From contig JAEOUE010000230.1 in NCBI GenBank assembly GCA_016839515.1, forward strand, positions 1 to 45,747: a stretch of DNA of 45,747 nucleotides. The letters run 5' to 3'. The position numbers and the translations under genes are program-made. Positions 37,801 to 45,747 of the stretch are shown here, piece after piece (within the stretch, counting starts at the first letter, position 1; every line of letters starts with the position of its first letter). The stretch comes from Candidatus Hodarchaeum mangrovi. Its GTDB lineage: Archaea; Asgardarchaeota; Heimdallarchaeia; Hodarchaeales; Hodarchaeaceae. The notes under the pieces are model-generated. The model was not told where the DNA came from. It did no database searches and saw only the letters and a list, made by a program, of their open reading frames with translations.

Positions 37801-38688
37801 ATGGTAATTACACAATTAATCGGAGAACTAATCCTGAACAATTTTTTCGAAGGATTGCTCTTTACTTTTTTTGCATTTTTTGTTGGAATAATTTCTTCAT
37901 CTTTAGGTGTTGGTGGAGGATTCATCACAACTCCTTCTCTAATAATTTTAGGAATAAATGAAGCTTTTGCAGTAGGAACAGTGTTATTTATGATTATATT
38001 TACAGCAATATCATCTACGATTGCATATTCACGACAATCAAATATGATCCAATTTCGAACAGGACTTTTGGTAGCGATAACTAGTGTGATTGGTGCCGTT
38101 TGTGGAAGCTTTACTAGGTCATACTTTGCAGTTGAATCCCCTGCATTATTTCGACTTATTTTTACCATCTGTCTTATTCCCATTGCCATTAAAATGATTC
38201 TTTATCCTAAACAAAGGAAAAAAGGAATTAATACAAAAGGGGAAGGAGAAATAGAACATGATGAGATAATTTGGTTTGGATTTGAAAAACGTGAAATATG
38301 GTGTACTTTGTTCGGATTCATCGCTGGTTTCTCATCAGGATTGTTGGGGATTGGAGGAGGTGTTGTAATGGTTCCAATATTAATCCACCTCGGAAAGATT
38401 CCAATGCATAAAGCTGTAGCCACTTCAATGTTTATTATGATATTCACGAGTATTGCAGGAGCGGTAATCAAACTCGGTATGGGACAGGTCCATCCAGATT
38501 TAGCCTTATTTCTTATTCTAGGAATAATTTTAGGGGCCCAGATTGGCCCGTTAATTGTTCAACGGATTGACACTGTAAATTTACAAAAAATTTTTGGAGG
38601 GATGATGATAATAGCTCTTATTTCGATAGCAGTAGGTCGAGACCAAGTGGTTGGATTTATCCAATCTTTTTTATCCTTATTTAAATAG
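37801..38688 (+). CDS. TauE/SafE family (sulfite exporter-like) membrane protein
   Basis: Duplicated GVGGG / GIGGG motifs with AVGT / AVATS; about 8 TM helices. Confidence 0.92.
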   Translation: MVITQLIGELILNNFFEGLLFTFFAFFVGIISSSLGVGGGFITTPSLIILGINEAFAVGTVLFMIIFTAISSTIAYSRQSNMIQFRTGLLVAITSVIGAVCGSFTRSYFAVESPALFRLIFTICLIPIAIKMILYPKQRKKGINTKGEGEIEHDEIIWFGFEKREIWCTLFGFIAGFSSGLLGIGGGVVMVPILIHLGKIPMHKAVATSMFIMIFTSIAGAVIKLGMGQVHPDLALFLILGIILGAQIGPLIVQRIDTVNLQKIFGGMMIIALISIAVGRDQVVGFIQSFLSLFK

Positions 38689-38818
38689 TGATTTTTCATG
38701 ATATATCTAAATAATATCCTCGAATTTTTCAAAATGATATGGTTATATACTATAAATTAAAAGTAAATATTAGAAATTTGATATAAAAAACTCAATTACT
38801 AAAAAGGCCTTAGATCTA

Positions 38819-39250
38819 TTGAATACAATTCCAATACACCTAAGAAGTGAGAAAATGCAGGGAGATATGATTTTTGTTGTCGATGATGAAGAGGATACTG
38901 TTGAACTTGCTCGGATGGTGCTTGAATACGAAGGCTATCAAGTTTTTTCTGCTAGTAACGGAGAAGAGGCTATAAAATTCCTTAAGAAATCAACCAATAA
39001 ACCAAATCTTGTTCTTTTAGACGTACTAATGCCAAAGATGAATGGACTAGAAGTCTGTAAATGGATTAAAAATGATGATAGACTAAATACAGTACCTGTT
39101 CTTTTATTTACAGCAAAAGTTGGAAAAAAGGATAGAATAGCAGGAGAAGAAGCAGGAGCTGACGCGTATATAAATAAACCATTTAGTGCCGATGATCTTG
39201 TCTCTTTGATAAAAATGCATCTTGAAAAGGCTAAAAATAGAGCTCAATGA
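38819..39250 (+). CDS. Stand-alone response regulator receiver (CheY-like); likely start is the ATG at 38855
   Basis: VVDDE, LLDVLMPKMNG (phospho-Asp), FTAK, YINKPF. Confidence 0.93.
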   Translation: MNTIPIHLRSEKMQGDMIFVVDDEEDTVELARMVLEYEGYQVFSASNGEEAIKFLKKSTNKPNLVLLDVLMPKMNGLEVCKWIKNDDRLNTVPVLLFTAKVGKKDRIAGEEAGADAYINKPFSADDLVSLIKMHLEKAKNRAQ

Positions 39251-39286
39251 TCTGATGTACATTTAGACTCAAAAAGTCATTCTTTG

Positions 39287-39595
39287 CTATAAAAATGAAG
39301 AAATTATTGGAAAAATAGCTTTTAACTCCTTAAAGAAGTTAGAACTAGGATTATAAACACGAAGAGTAATATTAAATGGTATCTTATGAAAAAAAAGAAC
39401 AGAATGAATATCTAACCAGTAATCACGAGTTTCTACAAACCGTAACTTAAAAAAATTAAGATTTAATTGGTTTAAATATTTTAGTACTTCCAATTCAGGA
39501 ACTACAAGGAGAATATTAGATGGAGAACTTAGAAGCGCTAGAGAAGGATTGAAAAAATTCGATACTTCAGATAAAATTAAATCAAGGCTGCTCAT
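39287..39595 (-). CDS. Hypothetical protein
   Basis: 102-aa ORF with an ATGA overlap on the FAH gene stop, suggesting translational coupling. Confidence 0.5.
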   Translation of the reverse strand: MSSLDLILSEVSNFFNPSLALLSSPSNILLVVPELEVLKYLNQLNLNFFKLRFVETRDYWLDIHSVLFFHKIPFNITLRVYNPSSNFFKELKAIFPIISSFL

Positions 39596-40389
39596 TTTTT
39601 AACTCCAACCTTTAAAACGCCTATTGGATCTATAATTGCTTCAATTTCATCTCCTACATGTAATGGCCCTACTCCCTCTGGAGTACCAGTTGCGATAATA
39701 TCCCCTGGTTCAAGTGTAACAATAGAACTACAATAGCAAATAATATTTTTAATATCAAAGATCATATCTTTTGTATTTCCTTTTTGTCTGAGTTCCTTAT
39801 TTACATATAATTCTATTTCAAGATTTTGAGGATTTTTAATCTCATCTGGAGTTACAATCAATGGACCGAGCGGAGCAAAAGTATCATAACCTTTTGCTTG
39901 AAACCATGGTTGACCATTTTTTTTAGCAATGGTTTGAATATCTCGAGCAGTTATGTCAAGTAGGATAGTATAACCGAAAATGTAGTCTAAACTTTCTTCA
40001 ACAGAGATATTTTTACCTTTTTTGCCTATGATGACTGCTAGTTCCACTTCATGATGAATTTCCTGAGAATTACTGGGAAATATAATGTAATCATCTGGAC
40101 CTATAAGTGTAGTTGATGGTTTTAGAAATAGTGAAGGTGTTTTAGGTAAGATTTTGGGATCTACACCCATTTCTTTGGCATGTTTTTCATAATTTTTTGC
40201 TAAACAAATTATTTTGTTTGAAATAATTGGCAACTCAAGATCTGGAGAAGATTGTAATTCTTCATATTTAGCCAACTTTAGAATTGATGGATTAAGTATA
40301 ACATCTAATAAATTTTGAATTTGTGGATATTTTCGAATTGTATTATCTTTCCAGACAATTAAAGAGCCTTCACTTTTCCCAATTTTCAT
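39592..40389 (-). CDS. Fumarylacetoacetate hydrolase family protein (FAHD1-like)
   Basis: KIICLAKNYEKH, FLKP, HHEVEL, DITARD, KGYDTF, GDIIATGTPEGVG. Confidence 0.95.
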   Translation of the reverse strand: MKIGKSEGSLIVWKDNTIRKYPQIQNLLDVILNPSILKLAKYEELQSSPDLELPIISNKIICLAKNYEKHAKEMGVDPKILPKTPSLFLKPSTTLIGPDDYIIFPSNSQEIHHEVELAVIIGKKGKNISVEESLDYIFGYTILLDITARDIQTIAKKNGQPWFQAKGYDTFAPLGPLIVTPDEIKNPQNLEIELYVNKELRQKGNTKDMIFDIKNIICYCSSIVTLEPGDIIATGTPEGVGPLHVGDEIEAIIDPIGVLKVGVKK

Positions 40390-40597
40390 AAAGCAACCTC
40401 AAAGCTTTCACTTTTGATTAGAAATTAATAGTTAAAATTCTTGATCAAACAAAAAATATCCTTTGTTAAATATTCTTATTGATTTCTCATTAATTGATTA
40501 ACATAATACCTTTTATCAAATCATGATTATTTTTTTAATTCTGTTCTTTACTAAAGCAATTATATAGTAAAAAGAGTAATAACCAGAATATGGAGAG

Positions 40598-41533
40598 TTG
40601 AATTTGAAAATCTTGATTACAGGAGGAGCAGGATTTTTAGGTAGTCATTTAATTGAAGACTTGTTGTCACAGGACTATGAAGTCACTTGTTTAGATAATT
40701 TCAGTACGGGTAAATTGAGGAATATTGAATCATTTAAAAAAAAGATAAATCTAGTAGAAGGTGATATTCGTGACTCAAAAATAGTTATGAATGCTTTGGA
40801 GGGTGTTGATTTCACATTTCATTTAGCAGCTCAGATTTCTGTATCTCGCTCAATGAGAGATCCTATTTTTGATGCCTCTGTTAATATAATCGGATTTCTC
40901 AACCTACTTGAATCAATGCTAAAATGTGGAATTAAGAAATTAGTTTATGTATCTACCGGTGGAGCTATTTATGGAGAACCTAAAGAAATACCTGTACAAG
41001 AAACTGCATTTGAAAATCCCATCTCCGCATATGGGTTAAGTAAACTCGTTGGAGAACGATATCTGAAATTGTTTCATGAAACCTATGGTATTTCTTACTC
41101 AATAATTCGCCCAGCAAATATATATGGACCGAGACAAGATCCAATGGGGGAAGCAGGTGTAATATCGATCTTTTTAGGAAATTTCTTAAATAAAAAACCA
41201 GTTGTAATTTTCGGAGATGGTTACGATACACGAGATTACATTTATGTTAAGGACATTACAAATATGTGTATTAAAGCAATGCATGCTAATCAGAATGCAA
41301 CATTTAATGCAGGAACTGGTATTCAAACAAATTTAATAGAATTAGTTAATACTATAGAAAAAGTAACCGAAATGAAAACAATACGAAATTTTGAGTCGCC
41401 ACGCCCTGGTGACGTTAAACATATATCCTTAGATTCCAGTAAAGCAAAAAATAAACTCAATTGGGAGCCTAAAGTCACTCTAGAGAAGGGAATTAAGATA
41501 ACTTGGGATTGGTTTAGGGATTTTATGAATTAA
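40598..41533 (+). CDS. NAD-dependent epimerase/dehydratase (UDP-glucose 4-epimerase-like)
   Basis: TGGAGFLG, HLAAQ, STGGAIYG, YGLSK, NIYGPRQ, RDYIYV. Confidence 0.93.
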   Translation: MNLKILITGGAGFLGSHLIEDLLSQDYEVTCLDNFSTGKLRNIESFKKKINLVEGDIRDSKIVMNALEGVDFTFHLAAQISVSRSMRDPIFDASVNIIGFLNLLESMLKCGIKKLVYVSTGGAIYGEPKEIPVQETAFENPISAYGLSKLVGERYLKLFHETYGISYSIIRPANIYGPRQDPMGEAGVISIFLGNFLNKKPVVIFGDGYDTRDYIYVKDITNMCIKAMHANQNATFNAGTGIQTNLIELVNTIEKVTEMKTIRNFESPRPGDVKHISLDSSKAKNKLNWEPKVTLEKGIKITWDWFRDFMN

Positions 41534-41553
41534 AGCCATTAAGAGTATTTAAT

Positions 41554-42552
41554 TCATTTTATTAAGTCTTTTATTATTGATACTTTTTGATGAAACCATT
41601 CTTCATTGATTTCAGGATAACCAAACCATTTCCAAAAACTTCCTACAACCCAAGGATCAAGTTTGACTTCAGTTCTGGGATTTTGTGCTACAAGAAAATA
41701 TGCTTGCCATAATTCACCAATTGAAGTCTCAAAAAGTCGAGTCGATAGATTTATGTCGTATTCTTTGGCTGCAATACTTTGGGTTAATCTTTTTTCTGAT
41801 TCATTAAGAGCCACAAAAGCTGCTAGTATCCACATCTCACGATCGGTTTTGATATTATCTAAATATAATCGATCAGCAAGTTTTTCAAGTTCTCTCCTTG
41901 ACTCTTCCAATTTCTCTATAGAAAACATTTCAATTCTTAGAAGAGACTTGAAAAATAAAAAAATATCATTATGATGATCTCTAAGAGTATCTAATAAAAG
42001 AGGAGCACTCCCAAGACCAAAAGAGTTTTGTTTCATTAGAGGAACACATATTGCTTCTTCCGCAGCCTTAATCAACCATATATAGGCATCAGCGAGCATA
42101 TCTTCTTTAATAAATTTTTCCATACGTTGTAACAATGATAAAGTCGTTTGTTGTTTTAATTGAATCACATCAGGAGTCCATTTAATTTGATTTATTTTAT
42201 TAACCCACTCCTTTAATCGGCCTTTGGGGTCATAAATGATTTCACTATTATTTAAAACACGATAAACAGTAGCTACTTGCCAATAGGGAGTATTTCGTCC
42301 ATCTAAAACTTCCAAAAAGAATGAAGGAGGAGCATAAGTAAGTTTGAGCTCTAGCTCTGGTTGTTCAACCATTGGGGTAAGAGCTACTTCCTTTAAGTCT
42401 CGAGCACTTTCCTGTACAGCCCAAAAAGTTATATGTAAATCAAGGGTATCAAAACTATCCTTGACTAAAAAGCGACCCCATTCCTGATTTTTTGCCTCTA
42501 TTTTTGACAATACATACTCTATTACTCTTTTTTTGACACTCAATTCAACCAT
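41554..42552 (-). CDS. Hypothetical protein, possibly a degenerate nucleotidyltransferase plus helical (HEPN-like) domain
   Basis: 332-aa ORF; IIYDPKG segment resembling the C-terminus of NTase folds, followed by a helical bundle; canonical GS/DxD motif not evident. Confidence 0.45.
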   Translation of the reverse strand: MVELSVKKRVIEYVLSKIEAKNQEWGRFLVKDSFDTLDLHITFWAVQESARDLKEVALTPMVEQPELELKLTYAPPSFFLEVLDGRNTPYWQVATVYRVLNNSEIIYDPKGRLKEWVNKINQIKWTPDVIQLKQQTTLSLLQRMEKFIKEDMLADAYIWLIKAAEEAICVPLMKQNSFGLGSAPLLLDTLRDHHNDIFLFFKSLLRIEMFSIEKLEESRRELEKLADRLYLDNIKTDREMWILAAFVALNESEKRLTQSIAAKEYDINLSTRLFETSIGELWQAYFLVAQNPRTEVKLDPWVVGSFWKWFGYPEINEEWFHQKVSIIKDLIK

Positions 42553-42750
42553 TAGCTTTTCTTTCCATCAAAAATAGTATTATTACTTATTTGATAATCA
42601 AGACTTTATAAAATCTAATTTTTTAAAATCTGTTCACTGATTTTCTATCTAAAAATATTAAGAGTATTTTTTTAACTACGAGATAAGGGATGATATTCCT
42701 TATATTTTAATCTGAATGGTATTCATAATAGACATTCAAGGTGAGTCTCG

Positions 42751-45174
42751 ATGCCAAAACGATTTCGTTTTACAATTTATACCTTTTTTGGCTTTCTAAT
42801 TTTAATATCGCTCTTAACATATCATTATTCGTCAATTAATGGTGATAATACAAAAGTAAACATAAATTTAAAATTTAATATCTCACAAACGACTTTAAAC
42901 GTCTTGGTAGTGTTAATGGAAATACCAGATGATCCTTATAATCCAATGCACACACCTCTGCACTATGAAGATCTATTTTTTTCAACTGGTACAGATTCGA
43001 TTCGACAATATTATCAAAATGTTTCCTATAATGAAGTATCATTAACAGGAGAAGTTTTAGGATGGTTCCCAACCTTAAATAATCGTAGTTATTATGGAGC
43101 TGGGGAACGAACCCCACCTGGACAGGATTTCAGAGCAGATGAAATAGCATATGAGGCTAGAGGCCATGCTATATCTAGTGGGAAAAATCCCCAGAACTAT
43201 GATCTTTTTGTTGTTATACACTCAGGAGATGGACAAGAGTATTCAGGAGATTCTGAGGATATATGGAGTCATCAATGGAGTTTATGGCGATTTGAGCTTC
43301 CTGAAGTAGTCTATTCCATGAATCATGAATATGTAGATTATGAAACACCCTCACATGAATTAGGACATGCTCTTGATTTTCCAGATTTATATGATCTTAG
43401 CTATACACATGATTTTGCTGGTCCATATTGCATTATGGATGGGGGTCCTGGACACTTCTCTATCTGGAATAAATATTATAGTCATATATCAAAAGCTAGT
43501 TCCCCCCAATTTATCAGCAGTAATCATCGATTACAAATTAATAATTATTCAAAAGATACTATTGTAACAATAAATCCAATTGCATCCAATATACCTTCTG
43601 GAATTATGTGGCTAGAATTAGGATGGAATTCCTCAGGTTTCATTAATACAGAACATGGAAGAGGTTGGACGGTAACGGTTAGAGAAAATTTAGATTATGA
43701 CAAATATCTTCCTAAACATGGATTAGTAATTGCTGAAATTCAAGTCGGCCCACGCACTTCAGGACAAACCCAAGTTAGTTTGGATGTTTCCCCTCCATGG
43801 AATGTGATTGATTCAATTCCTGAAACAAGTGAAAATAAAGATGATGCTGCATTTTCTTTAGGTAATGGAGAAGTCTCATCCTATTCATCAGGAAAAGGTT
43901 GGGCTGTTCAAATAATTGAAAAATTAACAAATTTATCCTACCGTGTACGTGTCACTAATGAATCAAATATTCCCAAAGTCTCATTAATCCATCCTCTTAG
44001 TTCAGTTTCCGATAATTATTCCCTACTTGTTTATACAGATATTACATCTAAAGCATCAATAGAATCAGTTGAAGTATCAATTGATTATGGACCTTGGAGT
44101 GAATGTTCTGCTGTATTAGAAACTCCAAACTTGTACACGTTCACCTGGCAAACTGATCTAGAAAGAGAAGGCAGTCACATAATCAGAGCTAGGGCTTTTG
44201 ATAATAGTACAATCCCTAATATTGGTTATTCAGATTTTAAAATCTATGAAGTGGATAACAATAATGGTTCAATTTTGGTTATTGATGATGATTTAGGACG
44301 AAATTCTGAAGCTTCTGTTCTTAGTACTTTAGATTTGTTAGGGTTAACTGGAGATTATGAAGTATTTCAAACTTCCTCATTTATTAATGCAGAAATCACT
44401 GCAGAAGAATTATGGAAATATAATCTAATTCTTTGGGTCGGAAATCCAGCAATCAGTCCTCTTAGTAACTCCCATATTAATTATAATGAATTTTTAGTTA
44501 TTAAAGAATATCTCACAAATTCTCCTTCTGAAAAAAACCCTCGAATAATATTTATGTCTAGCTATAACATTTTTGATTTTAGTAATCAGGGAGATTCAAT
44601 TCAGCAAGAAACATCTCTCATTTTTAGAGCAACAAGTCCTAAAAATTTTAGGGCTCCTAGTACAAGAATTCATGGATTGGAATTCCTCAGTACACTTCCT
44701 ACATTCACACTCGGATCAAATGATACATTGAGAGCAACTCGAAGTAGTGATGGTGAAGTGGTTAACTTACTTTCAGGAGCAGTTTCTATTTTAGAAGATG
44801 AACTTCCTGTATTTCCAGGATATAAATCTAAAGGCTATTATGTTGATAATGGAAAATTTCGCATTTTAAATTATCTATTCCAGCCAGAAATGGTTCCCGA
44901 ATATATTTTAAACGATCTACTGTCACTTTCCATCAATTTTATGAATTCAAATATTAATTCAACATTCTCATCGACTTCGTTAACTTCAACATCAAACACT
45001 ATTTCAAAATCAAATGGATTTCTTGATGGTTTAGGATTTATTGATGATCCAATTCTTATTTTAGGGACATTAGTTTGTGCAGGAGGCCTTTCAGTCTTTA
45101 TTCTGTTCAGATTACTTAAAAAAAGAAAAACAACCTCATCTCGTTCTTACTGGCTTAAAAAATTTGATCAATAA
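42751..45174 (+). CDS. Secreted, membrane-anchored M6 (immune inhibitor A-like) metalloprotease with an Ig-like domain
   Basis: Signal/TM; YYQNVSY, IHSGDGQE, IWSH, HELGHALDFPDLYD, CIM; Ig-like VEVSID..W...HIIRARAFD; ILVIDDD domain; Ser/Thr linker; C-terminal TM with basic tail. Confidence 0.9.
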   Translation: MPKRFRFTIYTFFGFLILISLLTYHYSSINGDNTKVNINLKFNISQTTLNVLVVLMEIPDDPYNPMHTPLHYEDLFFSTGTDSIRQYYQNVSYNEVSLTGEVLGWFPTLNNRSYYGAGERTPPGQDFRADEIAYEARGHAISSGKNPQNYDLFVVIHSGDGQEYSGDSEDIWSHQWSLWRFELPEVVYSMNHEYVDYETPSHELGHALDFPDLYDLSYTHDFAGPYCIMDGGPGHFSIWNKYYSHISKASSPQFISSNHRLQINNYSKDTIVTINPIASNIPSGIMWLELGWNSSGFINTEHGRGWTVTVRENLDYDKYLPKHGLVIAEIQVGPRTSGQTQVSLDVSPPWNVIDSIPETSENKDDAAFSLGNGEVSSYSSGKGWAVQIIEKLTNLSYRVRVTNESNIPKVSLIHPLSSVSDNYSLLVYTDITSKASIESVEVSIDYGPWSECSAVLETPNLYTFTWQTDLEREGSHIIRARAFDNSTIPNIGYSDFKIYEVDNNNGSILVIDDDLGRNSEASVLSTLDLLGLTGDYEVFQTSSFINAEITAEELWKYNLILWVGNPAISPLSNSHINYNEFLVIKEYLTNSPSEKNPRIIFMSSYNIFDFSNQGDSIQQETSLIFRATSPKNFRAPSTRIHGLEFLSTLPTFTLGSNDTLRATRSSDGEVVNLLSGAVSILEDELPVFPGYKSKGYYVDNGKFRILNYLFQPEMVPEYILNDLLSLSINFMNSNINSTFSSTSLTSTSNTISKSNGFLDGLGFIDDPILILGTLVCAGGLSVFILFRLLKKRKTTSSRSYWLKKFDQ

Positions 45175-45176
45175 AG

Positions 45177-45747
45177 GTGATAAATATAATAACTAATCAA
45201 CGTGTAGTAATTACTGGTGTAGCAAAAGGGGGCATTGGAGAGGCTGTTTTAAAGAAAATTAGCACACAAAATAATACTATTATTATCTCAAGTAAAAATA
45301 TATCATCAAATAGATTTCCTGGCTTCCATTCTTTAGCAGTAGATTGTACAAAAGAGAGGAATATCCGAAATCTAGAAAATTTTATCAAAGAAACCATGGG
45401 AGGGATGGATTGCCTCATCAATTGCATAGGAGGGTCATTGAGAAGTATCAATCCACTTGAAGTAACTGAGGATTTTTTTCAGCAAGTTCTATCACTAAAT
45501 CTTACATCTGCTTTTTTATTATCACAGATGGCAACTCGACTTATGAATAAGATGGGGGGTTCTGTCGTTCATATTGTTAGTTCCTCTGCTTTTGAGCCAG
45601 AGATAAAAAAAATGCCCTATGGAATTGCAAAGGCAGGATTAGCATACTTAATAAGATCTTTCGCAGTTTTTTTAGCTCCATTCAATATTCGGATTAATGG
45701 GGTTTCACCAACCTATGTGTTTACTTCTCGCCATATAGAGGAACTTC
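45177..45747 (+). CDS. SDR family oxidoreductase, 3' part runs off the window
   Basis: Not in the ORF track. Manual translation from GTG 45177 gives VVITGVAKGGIG, MDCLINCIG, VHIVSS, YGIAK (YxxxK) and IRINGVSP, open to the window end. Confidence 0.88.
   Translation, partial: MINIITNQRVVITGVAKGGIGEAVLKKISTQNNTIIISSKNISSNRFPGFHSLAVDCTKERNIRNLENFIKETMGGMDCLINCIGGSLRSINPLEVTEDFFQQVLSLNLTSAFLLSQMATRLMNKMGGSVVHIVSSSAFEPEIKKMPYGIAKAGLAYLIRSFAVFLAPFNIRINGVSPTYVFTSRHIEEL

Noticed and set aside
5524-45451. Other short overlapping ORFs (5524, 11621, 13178, 22303, 24290, 25687, 26331, 28824, 28927, 33914, 37290, 37776, 38202, 40980, 41663, 42875, 43367, 45197)
   Set aside because: All lie antisense or out of frame within well-supported genes and lack motifs; 45197-45451 is the shadow of the partial SDR.
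1-45747. CRISPR arrays, tRNA/rRNA genes, transposases, integrases, defence islands
   Set aside because: No regularly spaced repeats, GC-rich structural RNA tracts or mobile-element motifs were seen by eye.

Overview
AT-rich, gene-dense archaeal chromosome segment. It is almost certainly from an Asgard archaeon, and the aerobic oxidase suggests Heimdallarchaeia/Hodarchaeales (inference). The assignment rests on the archaeal pantoate kinase/phosphopantothenate synthetase CoA route plus eukaryotic-signature-type proteins: a single-domain gelsolin, a Rab-like GTPase, longin/roadblock domains and a HEAT + winged-helix repeat protein. Main blocks: (1) GH36 glycosidase, methyltransferase, gelsolin and UbiA; (2) an A2-type heme-copper oxidase operon (DOMON - DUF2231::CoxIII - CoxII - CoxI - CoxIV - SCO) with no c-type cytochrome, facing a rubredoxin-DUF2231 gene; (3) two tandem MFS transporters, each fused to a C-terminal longin-like domain; (4) M42 peptidases, an isopentenyl-phosphate-kinase-like::MBL fusion, and a Rab-like GTPase with a longin-roadblock partner; (5) the HEAT/winged-helix protein with short XPF; (6) a coaBC-panE-pok-pps-panB operon; (7) TauE, a receiver protein, FAH, an epimerase, an M6 protease and a partial SDR. 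I found no rRNA, tRNA, CRISPR array or mobile element. The best candidates for undescribed systems are the paired MFS-longin 'transceptors' and the DOMON/DUF2231-equipped oxidase. All calls come from motif recognition by eye; no database searches were run.
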